Shown piece after piece: positions 30,972-45,900 of a stretch of DNA of 64,000 nt. The stretch lies in assembly GCA_964016885.1 (NCBI GenBank), contig OZ024760.1, positions 33,480,001-33,544,000 of the forward strand, given 5' to 3'. Made by a program: the position numbers and the translations under genes. The stretch is from Eledone cirrhosa. Its lineage: Eukaryota. Each line of letters begins with the position of its first letter. Position 1 is the stretch's first letter. The notes beneath the pieces are model-generated. The model did not search any database, had not been told where the DNA came from, and saw only the letters and a list, made by a program, of their open reading frames with translations.

Positions 30972-32958
30972 TATATAGGTAGATATATAGATATATAATT
31001 TAATAAATTTCAAAATAACACAGGTAATGTTTTCCCTGTGATTCTCTTTTTCTCTTCTTTTTATTAATTTACACGAGTAAAGAATGGTTTCTCTCCCTTT
31101 GTTAATAATCTTGCCAATAATACTTGATAGTCTCCATTGTGGTAGGTGGTTGGGGATGTAGTTGTGGTTTGGGATGTAGTATTGGTAATAGTAGAAGTAA
31201 TAGTCGTAGTAGTGTTGTAGTAGTTTAGGTAGTAGTAGAAGTAATAGTAGTAGTAGTAGTTTAGTTAGTACTTGTTGGGGAAGAAGTTCCTCTAGGTTTT
31301 TTGAAGTACCTACATTCAATTTCTGCACTCTATGTTTAATTTGTGTTTAATTTGAGTGAGGGGGTATATATATATGTTTTTTTAGTTTCAGAAGATCCCG
31401 TTAACGGGATCTTCTTTTATTTTAGTAAATATTTGCTCTAGGATTCTTATATATTTGATATATCCTTATCGAGCCCTGTTTGGATTTTAGTCTTCACATT
31501 TATTATTATTACTATTATTATTACTATATATATATATATAGAGAGAGAGAGTGAGATAGGTAAAGAGATATGGTAGAATTGACTCTAGTGTTGGATTGGT
31601 ATTTTATTTAAAAATCTAAAAAGGATGTAAAGGCAAAGTTGGCATTGGAAGAATCCAAACCGAGAGAGCAGGGAGCCCAGATCTAATGAGCGCACTCTAA
31701 TGACTCTATCAATTCATTACCTCTGTTTTGGTATATTTTGAGCTGAGTAACTCCTCTTTCTCTAACTTTCTCCCCTTACCCCTCCTCTCCTCAGTCCTCA
31801 CCCACTTCTGTCATCCAACTACTACACCCCCAACATATAGTTTGTTACAATGGAGAATAGACAAATCAATAAAAAAATAAAAAAACAGTTAAATTAATTA
31901 AAACTTTAAATTCATATACAAAAAGAAAAACAAAAAAAAAACTTTAAAATTTAAAAAAAAAAAATCCGAGCCAAAATTATTAGTTTTGTTTTGTTGGAAT
32001 AAAACCTGAGGAATTTTCAAAGTACCAATTAAATAAATAAATAAATAGAAAACTGAAGTTGTGGTGCTTATGCCTTTCCCAAGATCAAAAGTTTGATGGC
32101 ATAAAAAGATTGAGTTTGCTTTCACTTGGAATAGAAACTTCCTTAAGTCATCTTCCAATGTTTTCTCTTCTGGACCAGACAAAGTCTCCAGCACGCCCAC
32201 CGAATATATTTAAATTAGTATTTCAAGGTCAAAAATTTACAGGGGATGGTGGGGTGAATGTGTAGGTAGCGTGTGGAGGAATGAGCTTAGGTGAGGTCCT
32301 ATTTATTTATTTATTTATATTTTTGTCAAGAGAATTGGTACTTTAAGAGAAGTGGGAATTAAATAAATTGGTGTGAAACAAGAAACGAAAACCAGTTCAT
32401 TTCCATCTCAGGTCGCGGTCATTGACTCGGCAAGATGGGAAAGGTGTGAAAGAGGTTTAGTTTTCAAACACCACCCTACCCAGCCAAACAATTTTACTTT
32501 ACAGAGCTTGCTGTATTCATACAGACACATAAATAAACATTGTATTAGAAATAATTATTTCTGATTTAGGAGAAGAGGGGGCAGGCTGCGAAAGACAATT
32601 AAATCAACCCCAGTTCATTACTGGTACTTTATTTTATCGACCCCTTAAAAGATGAAAGGCAAAGTTGACCTTAGCGGGATTTGAACTCTGAACGTAAAGA
32701 TCCAAAAGATATACGTCAAAGCAATTCTTCAGACGCTCTACTGATTTTAGCCAAGCCGCCATCATTAGTGTTAGTAATAATAGTTTTTATTATAACAACA
32801 TTAATATTAATAGTAACAGTCATTAGAAGTTTGGCTCGGAGTTAGTAATTGTTGGGTGTTTCTATATGGTGGGGGGAGGGTCTCAATGTTTGTATCTTTG
32901 CATCTTCTTTTTTATGGGGGGGGGGGAGACTTTAGTCGCGTCCAAAATCACATTCGGC

Positions 32959-33130
32959 TCAAAAATGTGGCATCACATAAACGGCTGGATGTTTATCTGA
33001 CTGTGTCCATCTTACTTTAGAACTTGATTTCAAATTGTTTGTGTTATATTTGTTTCTAAATAAGGGGTTACTGTATTGTTCTGTGAGGGCGTCTTTCATT
33101 CGTTGGAGTATCGACTTCTCACGGTTTTTC
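32959..33130 (-). CDS. Exon N: cytoplasmic tail ([56 protein letters not shown])
   Basis: Acceptor ttcttctttttgcag, phase 2, open to TGA at 32961-32959. An internal AAA|GTAAGA donor at 33015 could shorten it. Confidence 0.78.
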
Positions 33131-36100
33131 CTGCAAAAAGAAGAAAGTAAAATATTTCATTTGAAAATAAAATGTGAAGTGAGAAAATTAACTTTAACCC
33201 TTTAGCATTTACATTACTCTATATATACTATTGTATTTTCACAGTAAAGTCTTTACCTCACATAGTATCTCACATAACATTTATATTACTCTATATATAC
33301 TATTGTATTTTCACAGTAAAGCCTTTACCTCACATAATATCTCACATAACATTTACATTACTCTATATATACTATTGTATTTTCACAGTAAAGTCTTTAC
33401 CTCACATAATATCTCACATAACATTTACATTACTCTATATATACTATTGTATTTTCACAATAAAGGCTTTACCTCACATAATATCTCACATAACATTTAT
33501 ATTACTCTATATATACTATTGTATTTTCACAGTAAAGTCTTTACCTCACATAATATCTCACATAACATTTACATTACTCTATATATACTATTGTATTTTC
33601 ACAGTAAAGTCTTTACCTCACATAATATCTCACATAACATTTACATTACTCTATATATACTATTGTATTTTCACAATAAAGGCTTTACCTCACATAATAT
33701 CTCACATAACATTTACATTACTCTATATATACTATTGTATTTTCACAATAAAGGCTTTACCTCACATAATATCTCACATAACATTTACATTACTCTATAT
33801 ATACTATTGTATTTTCACAGTAAAGCCTTTACCTCACATAATATCTCACATAACATTTACATTACTCTATATATACTATATTATTTTCACAGTAAAGGCT
33901 TTACCTCACATAATATCGAATCTACAGGATGCTGATATTATTTTTTTTTAACAATACCTTAACATCGATATAAGTGGCCAGTTACAGCCGGTCTGAACAA
34001 GAAGAGGTGAGAGAATTCTGGTTAGATATGGCAGGTTTAAATGCTAAAAGGGTTAAAAAAGAAAAGAAACATGTACAATCACACATTCAAATACACACAC
34101 ACACATATATCATCATCATCATCATGTTTAATGTTTTCTTGTCACAAACATTGGCTGTTTTCGTAGCCTCTTTCAAAGCATCTCTCCAGAGTGGTCGTTC
34201 CAAGGAGAAGTTTTGGTTCAGGTTCCAGGCTTTTAGATATACATACATACACGTATATACATATATATATATATATACATACATAAATACATATATATAC
34301 ACACACACATGGTATATATACATATATTACATATGTATATATATATACACACACACATATGTATGTATGATGAGACGTAAGATATATTACCTGACAGTTA
34401 AGTAGATGGCCGCCAGAATCATAAGTAAAAGTAGTAAACCGAAGACACAGGACAGAACAGTCACTATCAACGTCATCTGGTTGTTATCTGTAAAGAGAGA
34501 CAAAGTAATGATTATATATACATCATATATATATATAAATACATCATATGTATAAATACATCATATATATATATACATCATATGTATAAATACATCATAT
34601 GTATATATACATCATATGTATAAATACATCATATATATAAATACATCATATATATATATAAATACATCATATATATAAATACATCATATATATAAATACA
34701 TCATATATATATATAAATACATCATATATATAAATACATCATATGTATAAATACATCATATATATATATAAATACATCATATATATAAATACATCATATA
34801 TATATATACATCATATATATATATAAATACATCATATGTATAAATACATCATATATATATATACATCATATATATATATAAATACATCATATGTATAAAT
34901 ACATCATATATATAAATACATCATATATATATATAAATACATCATATATATATATAAATACATCATATATATATATACATCATATATATATATAAATACA
35001 TCATATATATAAATACATCATATGTATAAATACATCATATATATAAATACATCATATATATAAATACATCATATATATATATACATCATATATATATATA
35101 AATATATCATATATATATATACATCATATATATATATACATCATATATATAAATACATCATATATATAAATACATGATATATATAAATACATCATATATA
35201 TAAATACATCATATATATAAATACATCATATATATAAATACATCATATATATAAATACATCATATATATACATCATATATATATATAAATATATCATATA
35301 TATATATACATCATATATATATATATATATACATCATATATATATATAAATACATCATATATATATATATACATCATATATATATATACATCATATATAT
35401 ATATAAATACATCATATATATAAATACATCATATATATATATATACTACATATATATATATAAATATATCATATATATAAATACATCATATATATAAATA
35501 CATCATATATATAAATACATCATATATATATATACATCATATATATATATATATATACATCATATATATATATAAATACATCATATATATATATATACAT
35601 CATATATATATATACATCATATATATATATAAATACATCATATATATAAATACATCATATATATATATATACATCATATATATATATAAATATATCATAT
35701 ATATAAATACATCATATATATAAATACATCATATATATAAATACATCATATATATAAATACATCATATATATAAATACATCATATATATATATATACATC
35801 ATATATATATATAAATATATCATATATATAAATACATCATATATATAAATACATCATATATATAAATACATCATATATATATATACATCATATATATATA
35901 TAAATACATCATATATATATATACATCATATATATATATAAATACATCATATATATATATATACATCATCATCATCATCATCGTTTAACATCCATCTTCC
36001 ACGCTTGCATGGGTTTGGACGAGAATGTTCCCACTTGAGGCAAGATTGGTTGTGGACTGGGAGGTTTTTACCTACACGGCCACATTACAGCATGGACTGT

Positions 36101-38437
36101 GTTTTTTTGTTGTGACACCTACACGACCTCATTTATTTAGGACTGGATGTTGTGGGACCAACATAACTTTACATCGAAAGGGGTGGTGTGGATGGGGTGG
36201 CGGTAGTGGGACGGGGGTGTATTTTGTTCGAGGTGCCTACTGACTAGTAGGTTTTGCTTTGTACTTAGGCAAAGCGGGTCTTCTGTATTACTGTGTAGTG
36301 CCAAAGATCTCGGTCCAGTGACATTGTCATGGAGAGGTGTAAGTGTGTGAGGTCGGAATTTATCAAGTCGTCCCAGGTTTTTCTGGGTCTGCCTACTCCG
36401 TGGCTACCGTCTATTTTTATCGCCCTACACTTTTTTATACAGCTGTCGTCTTTCATGCGCATCACGTGACCATACCAACGTAGTCTTCTCTCGAGTAAAC
36501 AACATCTGATTCCTCTTATTCTTAATTTCTCCCTTAGTTCATTTATGCTTTGCCGTTCACGTATATTACTATTACACATCCAACGGAGCATGTAAGCTTC
36601 GTTCATCTCCACTCTGCGTATATCCTCTGCACACAATGCCCATGTTTCACTGCCATGTAACATTGCTGTTCGTATGCAGGCATCATACAGTCTGCCTTTC
36701 ATTTTTAGCGGCCAATAGCTCTCTGAACTTTTTCCATCCCGTTCTGACTCTAGCTACTGTACTGTCAGAGCACCCTCCACCACTGCTGATTTTGTCACCC
36801 AGGTAACGGAAGGTGTCCACTATTTCTATAGAACCATCTCTGCAATGGAATGAGCTAGTTTCCTTTGGACACTTGCTACTTATTGCACCTGAGCACCGGC
36901 CACATATAAAATCTATATTCTTAGTTAGCTTACCTGTGATACCACTACATCTTTTATGCACCCATACTTTGCATTTGGGACATAAAATGGAGTTTCTTCC
37001 TACTCCTTTCCTACACACTGAGCATGGCCATTTCCCAGATGGGACCGGTGCCCTATTTTCCTTCCTACAAACTAGAACTTTAGTCTTAGACAAGTTAACT
37101 TTAAGGCCTTTTGACTCTAGGCCATGCTTCCATGTTTGGAATTTCTTCTCTAGTTCAGCCATTGATTCAGCTATGAGCGTTAGATCATCTGCATATAGGA
37201 GTTCCCATGGGCAGCCGGTCTTGAACTCCTCTGTTATAGCCTGAGAGGCAATAATAAATAGTAGGGGGCTAAGAACGGAGCCCTGATGAACACCAACTTT
37301 TACGCTAAACTCTTCACTATATTCGTTGTTAATTCTAACCTTGCTGACTGTTTCTTTATACATGGCTTGTAGAGCTCTCACAAGCCATTCATCAACACCT
37401 AGTTTTCTAAGAGCCCACCAGATAATGGAACGGGGGACTCTGTCGAAGGCTTTCTCCAAGTCGACAAAAGCTAAGTATAGGGGTTTACTTTTAGCTAGGT
37501 ACTTCTCCTGTAGTTGTCGTACAATGAAAAGAGCGTCTGTGGTACTTTTGCCTGACACAAACCCGAACTGCATTTCATCTAGATCAATTCTCTCTCTGAT
37601 TAGTTGCACTATTACTTTTTCCGTGACCTTCATGACCTGGTCGATTAATTTAATGCCGCTATAGTTACTCCTATCTAGGGCGTCTCCTTTACCCTTGTAA
37701 CAGTTAATGATGATGCTGCTACGCCAGTCCTTCGGAACAACCCCATTCTGTATGACTTGGTTTACTATCCGGGTGACCATGGTGTGTCCCACCGTTCCAG
37801 AGGTTTTCAGCATCTCAGCAACTATTTCCGAAGGCCCAGCCGCCTTACCCGTCTTCATATCTTTGATTGCCTTACTTATTATACTACCTTCAACTAACAC
37901 TGCTGGTCCCTCTATTGGATCGATCTGGGGGAGACTATCCTTCTCCCATTTATTCTCCTCATTTAGTAGCCTTTCGTAGTGACACTTCCAAGCTACCTTC
38001 TTATCAGCGTCAGTGATGGCAAGTACGCCATCATCATTTAGTACACACTTCTCTCCGACAATATCACGGTTTTCCTTGTCGGGTACGTCTCGTCCTGACC
38101 ATGAGGTCGCTAATTATCAGTCTATGTTGGGAGGTGCATTCTTCGTGGGGGAGGGATTTAGTGTTTACAACGGACACTCTGTCACGTCTTCTGGCAAGGA
38201 TATAATCTACCTGGCTTGTGTGTTCCCCGGATCTATAGGTGATCAGGTGATTGTCTCGTTTTTTGAAGTTAGTGTTACAGATTGTTAGGTTATTTGCGTC
38301 ACAGAATTCCAGGATTCTGGAGCCTTCCTCATTTCTAGTACCAAACCCATAGCCTCCGTGGATTCCATCATAGCCGTCACAATGTTGTCCAACGTGACCA
38401 TTTAGGTCGCCAGCAATATATATATATATATATATAT

Positions 38438-38526
<89 letters not shown>

Positions 38527-38527
38527 C

Positions 38528-38566
<39 letters not shown>

Positions 38567-38577
38567 CATATACATAC

Positions 38578-38610
<33 letters not shown>

Positions 38611-38723
38611 CATACATATACATACATATATATATATATATACATACATACATACATATATATATATATACATACATATACATACATACATATATATATA
38701 TAAATATACACACATATATATAT

Positions 38724-38762
<39 letters not shown>

Positions 38763-40542
38763 CATACATATATGATGTATGAGTGGGAGAGTGGGTGAGA
38801 CAGAGACAGTAGGAGTTTGGTTCCTCTGTGTTTGGACCTGGTGTATATATGTGTATATAAGAGTCTAAAAGCTGTTCCCTGTGGAATTATAGTTTACTTA
38901 GACTTCCTACTAGTTTCTCTATCTTTCTTAAGTGATTATTTAAAAAACCCATAAACATTCGGTGGATTGGCAGTATCGGTAGAGGGTCGGATGCCATCAT
39001 GCTTTGCAGCATAGTGTTACAGCCCTTTAAGGTCAGAGTTCAAATCCTGCCGAGGTTAACTTTGCCTTTCATCCTTACGGGGTTGATAAAATAAAGTACC
39101 AGTAATGTACTGGTTAATTGCTGGCCTTGTGTCAAAAGTAGAAACAATTATTAATCACATTTATTTTCTGTATAATTTCAGTTATGGTATGTTATCAATG
39201 ACGTCATCATCCTCCAGCCAATCAACTATCTACCTTGAGGCCACTAAAAGACAATCTTATGATTCAGCCTCGTTTTCGGTCTATTGAACTGTGAAGACAT
39301 TTTAGATTTCATTTGATTTTTACAGCTCACTGGCAGCGTTTGAGAGAGAGATAAATATATGGCCATGGGGTGAGAGAAAGAGGGGAGAGAGAGAGTGATA
39401 TATATATATAAAGAGAGTGATAGAGGTGGAGAGAGATGGTGAGAGAGGGTCAGAGAGAGAGAGGCAGTGAAAGAGGTGGAGAGAGTGAGAGAGAGAGGGG
39501 TGAGAGGGAGTGTGATACAGAGAAAAAGAGAGAGCATGGGAGAGAGAGAGAGTGATAGAGGTGGAGAGAGTTAGTGAGCGAGAGAGAGAATAATAGAGTG
39601 AGAGAGGTGGAGAGAGAGATAGAGAGAGAGGGGGTGAGAGAGTGAGAGAGAGAGAGTGATAGAGTGAGAGAGAGAGAGTAATAGAGTGAGAGAGAGGGGG
39701 AGAGAGAGAGAGGGAGAGAGAGAGAGATGTGGAAAGCAAGAAAGACAGGAGAGATGGGAGGGAGGCTATATGAATATATATATATATACTGTATATATAT
39801 ATATAGTCCTATATGAGCGAGACACGGTCACCAGACCAACCTTGCCTCAAGTGGGACAACTCCCGTCTAACCCATGCTAGCGTGGAAGATGGACGTTAAA
39901 CGATGATGATGATACATTCGTTCATACATACACAGGTGCAGGTACATATAAACAAAGAGTTGGACCATGAAAAGGTTTGAACTCGGAATTTAAAGGGAGA
40001 TAACTGAGTAACTGAAAACTTTTTTTTTTTACAAATTTGGGTGAATTTTACCAACAACTAGAATATATATAAACAAATACAAACAATTGTGACAAATGGG
40101 TAAAATATGGCCCCTTAAGTTGTTAATAATTCACTTACCACTGCAGTCGTCTATGGATTTGGCCCCTATAGAGTCTGTCTTGAAAGGTGAAGGACATGGC
40201 TTGCAATTTGTGGCACTATGTTTATCTTGGTAGTGATCTTTTGGACATGGCTGACATTTCGACAAAGAGACATTATGGTAAGACCCTGGGGGACACACTC
40301 GGCAGTTGTCACCTACAAACAAAACAAATAATCTTTATATAATGGTGACAAAGTTATGTGGTACATCAGTGTGTGAGTGGTTGTGTGTGTGAGTATGTGT
40401 GTGCATGCTTGTATGGATATGTATACATTACATATATATATAAATAAGACTCCAGTTGCATTTTCGATTTCATCTTTTTTTCTTTATACTTTCACTCGTG
40501 TAGGACACCTCGGTTATTTTTCATTTTGTAAAAAAACCTCAC

Positions 40543-40580
<38 letters not shown>

Positions 40581-40668
40581 CAGCATGGCCTCAGCCAGAT
40601 GGCTGGAACAGGTAAAAGAGTAAAATAGTATATATATATATATATATATACAGACACACATCTGTGAA

Positions 40669-40702
<34 letters not shown>

Positions 40703-42865
40703 CATACACACACACATACATATGTGTGCATTCATATATTTCTGTGTGTGTGTGAGTATGTATATAATATATTATGCATGCATATTTCTGTATACATATG
40801 TATGTCTCTCTCTCTCTGTGTATATAATATCAATTTTGTATATATGTAAATACATAACTCAGAGAGTTAGACTTCTATACCCTTCTATTTCACATTTATA
40901 TATAGTATTTATATGACCTTTTTTTATACATACAGTATGTATATATATATATATATATATATACAAATAATTGTTTCTACTTTAGGCACAAGGCCAGCAA
41001 TTACCCAGTGCATTACTGGTACTTTATTTTATCGACCCCGTAAGGATGAAAGGCAAAGTCAACCTCGGCGGGATTTGAACTCAGATCGTAAAGGGACGTA
41101 ACTATGCTGGAAAGCATGGCGTCCGACCCTCTACCGATACTGCCAATCCACCGCCCATATATATATACAAATAATGAATTAAAACATATTAAATATGTTT
41201 AGAATTTTGTGTTTTTCAATAAATAAGCTCAATAGACTTTATCTGGAGCCATAGTAACCAAATTAAGAGATATATGTTTATATATAGAGAGAGAAAGAAC
41301 TATATATGACTTTCTCTCTCTGTATATACACATATCTCTTTATTTGGTTATATATGTGTATATATATCATCATCATCATCATCATCATCATTTTATGTCC
41401 ACTTTTCCCTGCTTGCAAGGGTGGGACGGGTTTTATTCAGCACAGCATCTCTCGACTCGTCACGGTCCCTCGTCATCTCCACCGTGAGCTTCAATGATCT
41501 GAGGTCTGTTCTCACCACCTCCACCCATCTTTTTCGTGGTCTACCTCTACCACGTCTTCCTTCAACTGGCATGTCCTGGCACTTCTTCACCCATCGGTCA
41601 TCCACCATGTGCATCACATGTCCATACCACCTCAGTCTCCTCTCCCGTACACTACATTCTATCCCTCTCAGACACAGTTTCTCTCTCAACACATTTAAGC
41701 TGGGTCGTTCATGCACATTTACACTGCACATCCAACGGAGCATGCTTGCCTCATTTCTCTCCAGCTGTCGCATGTCCTCTGCAGTTACTGCCCATGTCTC
41801 ACTACCATGCAGCATCACGTTCCTCACACAGGCATCATACAACCGGCCTTTCGTACGCAGGGAGAAACCCTTCTTCGTCAACAGAGGAAGCAGCTCCCTA
41901 AACTTCTTCCAACCCGTCCTTATTCTAGATACTATGGCCTCGGAACACCCTCCTCCCATGCTAATCTGATCTCCTAGGTACCGGAAGCTATCCACCACTT
42001 CTATAGCGCCCTCCTGCATTTGAAAAATGTGTCTATCAATGCGACTTCTACTGTCTAATTTCCCTGTACATCTACATATATATATACACATATATACATC
42101 TACATATATATATACACATATATTACAATGTTCACAGCAATTTTCGATTCTCATGGCATGATGATGATATATATAAGAGAGTGTTGAAGTTTGCTTGAAG
42201 CGTTTTGGAAGCCTCAACAATGCAGATGGGTAAATCTCCGGGTAACAGAATCAGAGAGAGATGTAAGAGGAAATGTAGAATGAGATGTATAGGGTGTAGA
42301 ATAACATGAGATAGAGTTACCTTGGAAGTAATTTAATTGTCCCTATTTCAGATTTCTCATCCATCAACTGGAGGTTTTCTGAGGGGGAAAGTTTTTAGTC
42401 GGAGAGGAACAACAGATGGCCTCTCTGATATCTGCCGTTTGTGTACAACTCTCTCCTACGTTGCTCTATACCCTATATGTCTCATTCTACATTTCCTCTT
42501 ACATCTCTGTCATCACCACCTGATTCTGTTACCCGGAGATTTAGTCATCTGCATTGTTGAGGCTTCCAAAACGACCAATTTTATATATATATATGAAGCA
42601 ATTCCATTGGAAAGGTCCAGGAAAAAAGAGTGCTCTATGTAGGTTACAGAGCTTAATAGTTATGTAATAAACAACATAAGGCAATTATTTCATTTACCAC
42701 TGGTTTCTTAAAAGCAAACAAATTTTGCTTTCAATCATCAGAATGAAAAAATCCAATGTCAATAAATACACCAGGATTTTTTCATTCTGATGATTAAAAT
42801 CAAAATTTGTTTGCTTTTAAGAAACCACTGGTAAATTAAATAATTGCCTTATGTTGTTTATTACA

Positions 42866-42904
<39 letters not shown>

Positions 42905-45900
42905 TATAAAGTGCTGTTAACACCTGGTGGAATCACAGTGGCACCATCATGGTATATGTAATTCCTCTTGGTTATGTTAGACTTGCAGGAACCCACCTCC
43001 TCATCAGGAGAACTCAACCAATTTCTTTAAGAGCAACAGAGAATCAACTCTCGTCCCCTGGTCTTATATTTATCAACCTTGAAAAGATCAGCAGGATTTC
43101 AACATTGAACACAGAGAGACTGACCATAATGATTGGCAACTTCACCCACCACCTAATATACATTGTACAAAGTTTGGTAAACATAAGAATGTAAAATACT
43201 TACCACAAAGACCTATACCATATATGGGTATCTGGCCTGCAGTACAGCTACAGGTGAGGCTGACTTGGCATGGTGTTACTGGAATTATACCTTGGCTTTC
43301 CTGAAATCAACAAATAATATTGTTATTACTTACTTCCAATCTAGGCACATGGCCTACAATATATGTATGTGTATATACATACACATACAAGTATACACAC
43401 ATATATATATTAGAATATATAGCTTCTAATTTGAATGGAAATGGATGGGTGTTGTATAGGTGTAATGGTAACTCAGTGGTCTAGATAACCAAAGATGTGG
43501 GTTCAACTCCCATATACATCAATACTCATCCTTTTCCATTTTAGAGGGTTTTAAACCCCACTATCAGGCTAATTTATTTAGTCAAAATATGGCGAAAGCT
43601 TCTATTTCTAGTAAATTTCAAACTTTGCTCGCTGTCTTCAAAACAAACACTTGCTTTGTCATATATATATATATATATGTATATTTATATACATATATAT
43701 ATTGTAAAGCAGACAAAGATTAAATAAAGTTAGGGGCTAGAAAGACCCTTAAATATTGTAAACTTACCACAGTATATGCTGTCATCCTTAAGCAATATTG
43801 ACCGATTACACTGCTGGCCAGGACTGTGATGTTTTTATCAACGTTGAATAGGGTGTACCTGATTGATGGAAAGTTGTAAATAATCAGTTAACACATACAT
43901 CACTATTCATACATAGTATATATATATATATATGTATACATACAGATATATATCTACATATACACACACTGACGAATATATATATATATATATATATATA
44001 ATTATAACAGATTTGCTCTACGGGTTTATATAATCTATCATATACAAAATCATCCTTATCGAGCCCTCTTCGGATTTTAGTCTTCACATTTATTATTGTT
44101 ACTATATATATATATATCATCATCATCATTTTACATCCGCTCTTCCCTGCTTGCAAGGGTATGATGGGACTTATTCAGCACAGCATCTCTCCACTTGTCA
44201 CGGTCCTTCGTCATCTCTACCGTGAGATTCAGCGATCTGAGGTCTATTCTCACCACCTCCGCCTCCGCCCATGTTTTTCGTGGTCTACCTCTACCACGTC
44301 TTCCTTCAACTGGCATGTCCTGGCACTTCTTCACCCATCGGTCATCCACCATGCGCATCACATGTCCATACCACCTCAGTCTCCTCTCCCGTATACTACA
44401 TTCTATCCCTCTCAGACACAGTTTCTCTCTCAACACATTCATGCTGGGTCGTTCACGCACATTGACACTGCACATCCAACGGAGCATGCTTGCTTCATTT
44501 CTCTCCAGCCGTCGCATATCCTCTGCAGTTGCTGCCCATGTCTCACTACCATGCAGCATTGCGCTCCTCACACAGGCATCATACAACCGGCCTTTCATAC
44601 GCAGGGAGAAACCCTTCTTTGTCAGCAGAGGAAGCAGCTCCCTAAACTTCTTCCAACCTGTCCTTATTCTAGATACTATGGCCTCGGAACACCCTCCTCC
44701 CATGCTAATCTGATCTCCTAGGTACCGGAAGCTATCCACCACTTCTATAGCACCCTTCTCCATTTGAAAAATATGTCTATCAATGTGACTTCTACTGTCT
44801 AATTTCCCTGTACATCTACTGCATACATATTTCTCCCTACCTGTTAGTTTGCCTGCTATCCCGCTACATCTCTTGTGTACCCAGGATCTGCATTGTGTGC
44901 ATTTTATAGAATTTATGCCAGTTCCTTTTCTGCATATCAAACATGGCCATTTCCTTGACGGAATCAGAGTTTTGTCCTCTTTTCTACTCATCAACACTTT
45001 TGTCTTAGCTAGGTTCACTCTCAGTCCTCTTGCTTCCAACTGCTGTTTCCATAGCCAGAATTTATTCTCTAGCTCCTCTATTGATTCTTCTATAAGAAGC
45101 ATAGAGAAGTTCCCATGGACAGCCAGTCTTAAACTCCTCTGTTATGGCTTGGAGGACTATAATGAACAAGAACGGGCTGAGGACCGAACCTTGATGTACT
45201 CCTACCTGTATTTGGAATTCCTCACTAAACTCCAATCCTACCCTGACTTTACTGACAGTACCTCTGTACAAAGTTTGTACTGTCCTCACAAGCCATTCCT
45301 CAACACCTAGTTTCCTTAGGGACCACCAGATGACAGATCGGGGTACCCTATCAAAGGCCTTCTCTCGGTCAACAAAGGCTAAGTATAGTGGCTTATTCTT
45401 GTCTAAGAACCTCCCTTGCAATTGTCTCACCAAGAAGAGGGCATCTGTTGTACTCTTAGTTGTGCTAATATCCTTTCTGCCACTTTCATAACCTGATCCA
45501 TCAGTTTTATACCCCTATAATTGCTCCTCTCCAGAGCATCCCCTTTACCTTTGTAGCAATTTATGAGAATACTGCTGCACCAGTCTTTGGGTATGACACC
45601 ACCATATATAGCCTGATTGATGATGCATGCAACCAGTTTAGCGCCTACGTCCCTGATGCCTTCAGCATCTCAGCAACTATTACCGATGATCCAGCAGCCT
45701 TACCATTTTTCATTTACTTAATCGCCTCTTGGACCTTTCTTCTCCACACCTTCCTGTATGTCTCATTCCATCTCTTGCTTACTGAGATATCATTAACGAC
45801 TAACCTATGCTGTGGGGTACATTCCTCCCCAGGGTATGCCTTGGTATTAGACACTATCTGCCTGTCCCACTGCATAACTAGTAAGAAGTCAATCTGCCTT

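Noticed and set aside
30840-32565. Short ORFs downstream of the stop as further exons
   Set aside because: Low complexity with no convincing acceptor/donor pair; more likely 3' UTR or intergenic. The poly(A) site cannot be fixed because AATAAA is frequent.
33231-33935. 234-aa repetitive ORF, or a CRISPR-like array
   Set aside because: 72-bp tandem repeat with no unique spacers, inside a TTAA-flanked element in a eukaryotic intron
39244-39330. Possible exon after the CT-rich tract on the minus strand
   Set aside because: The required frame stops after ~27 codons with no domain signal; exons L and M join in phase without it
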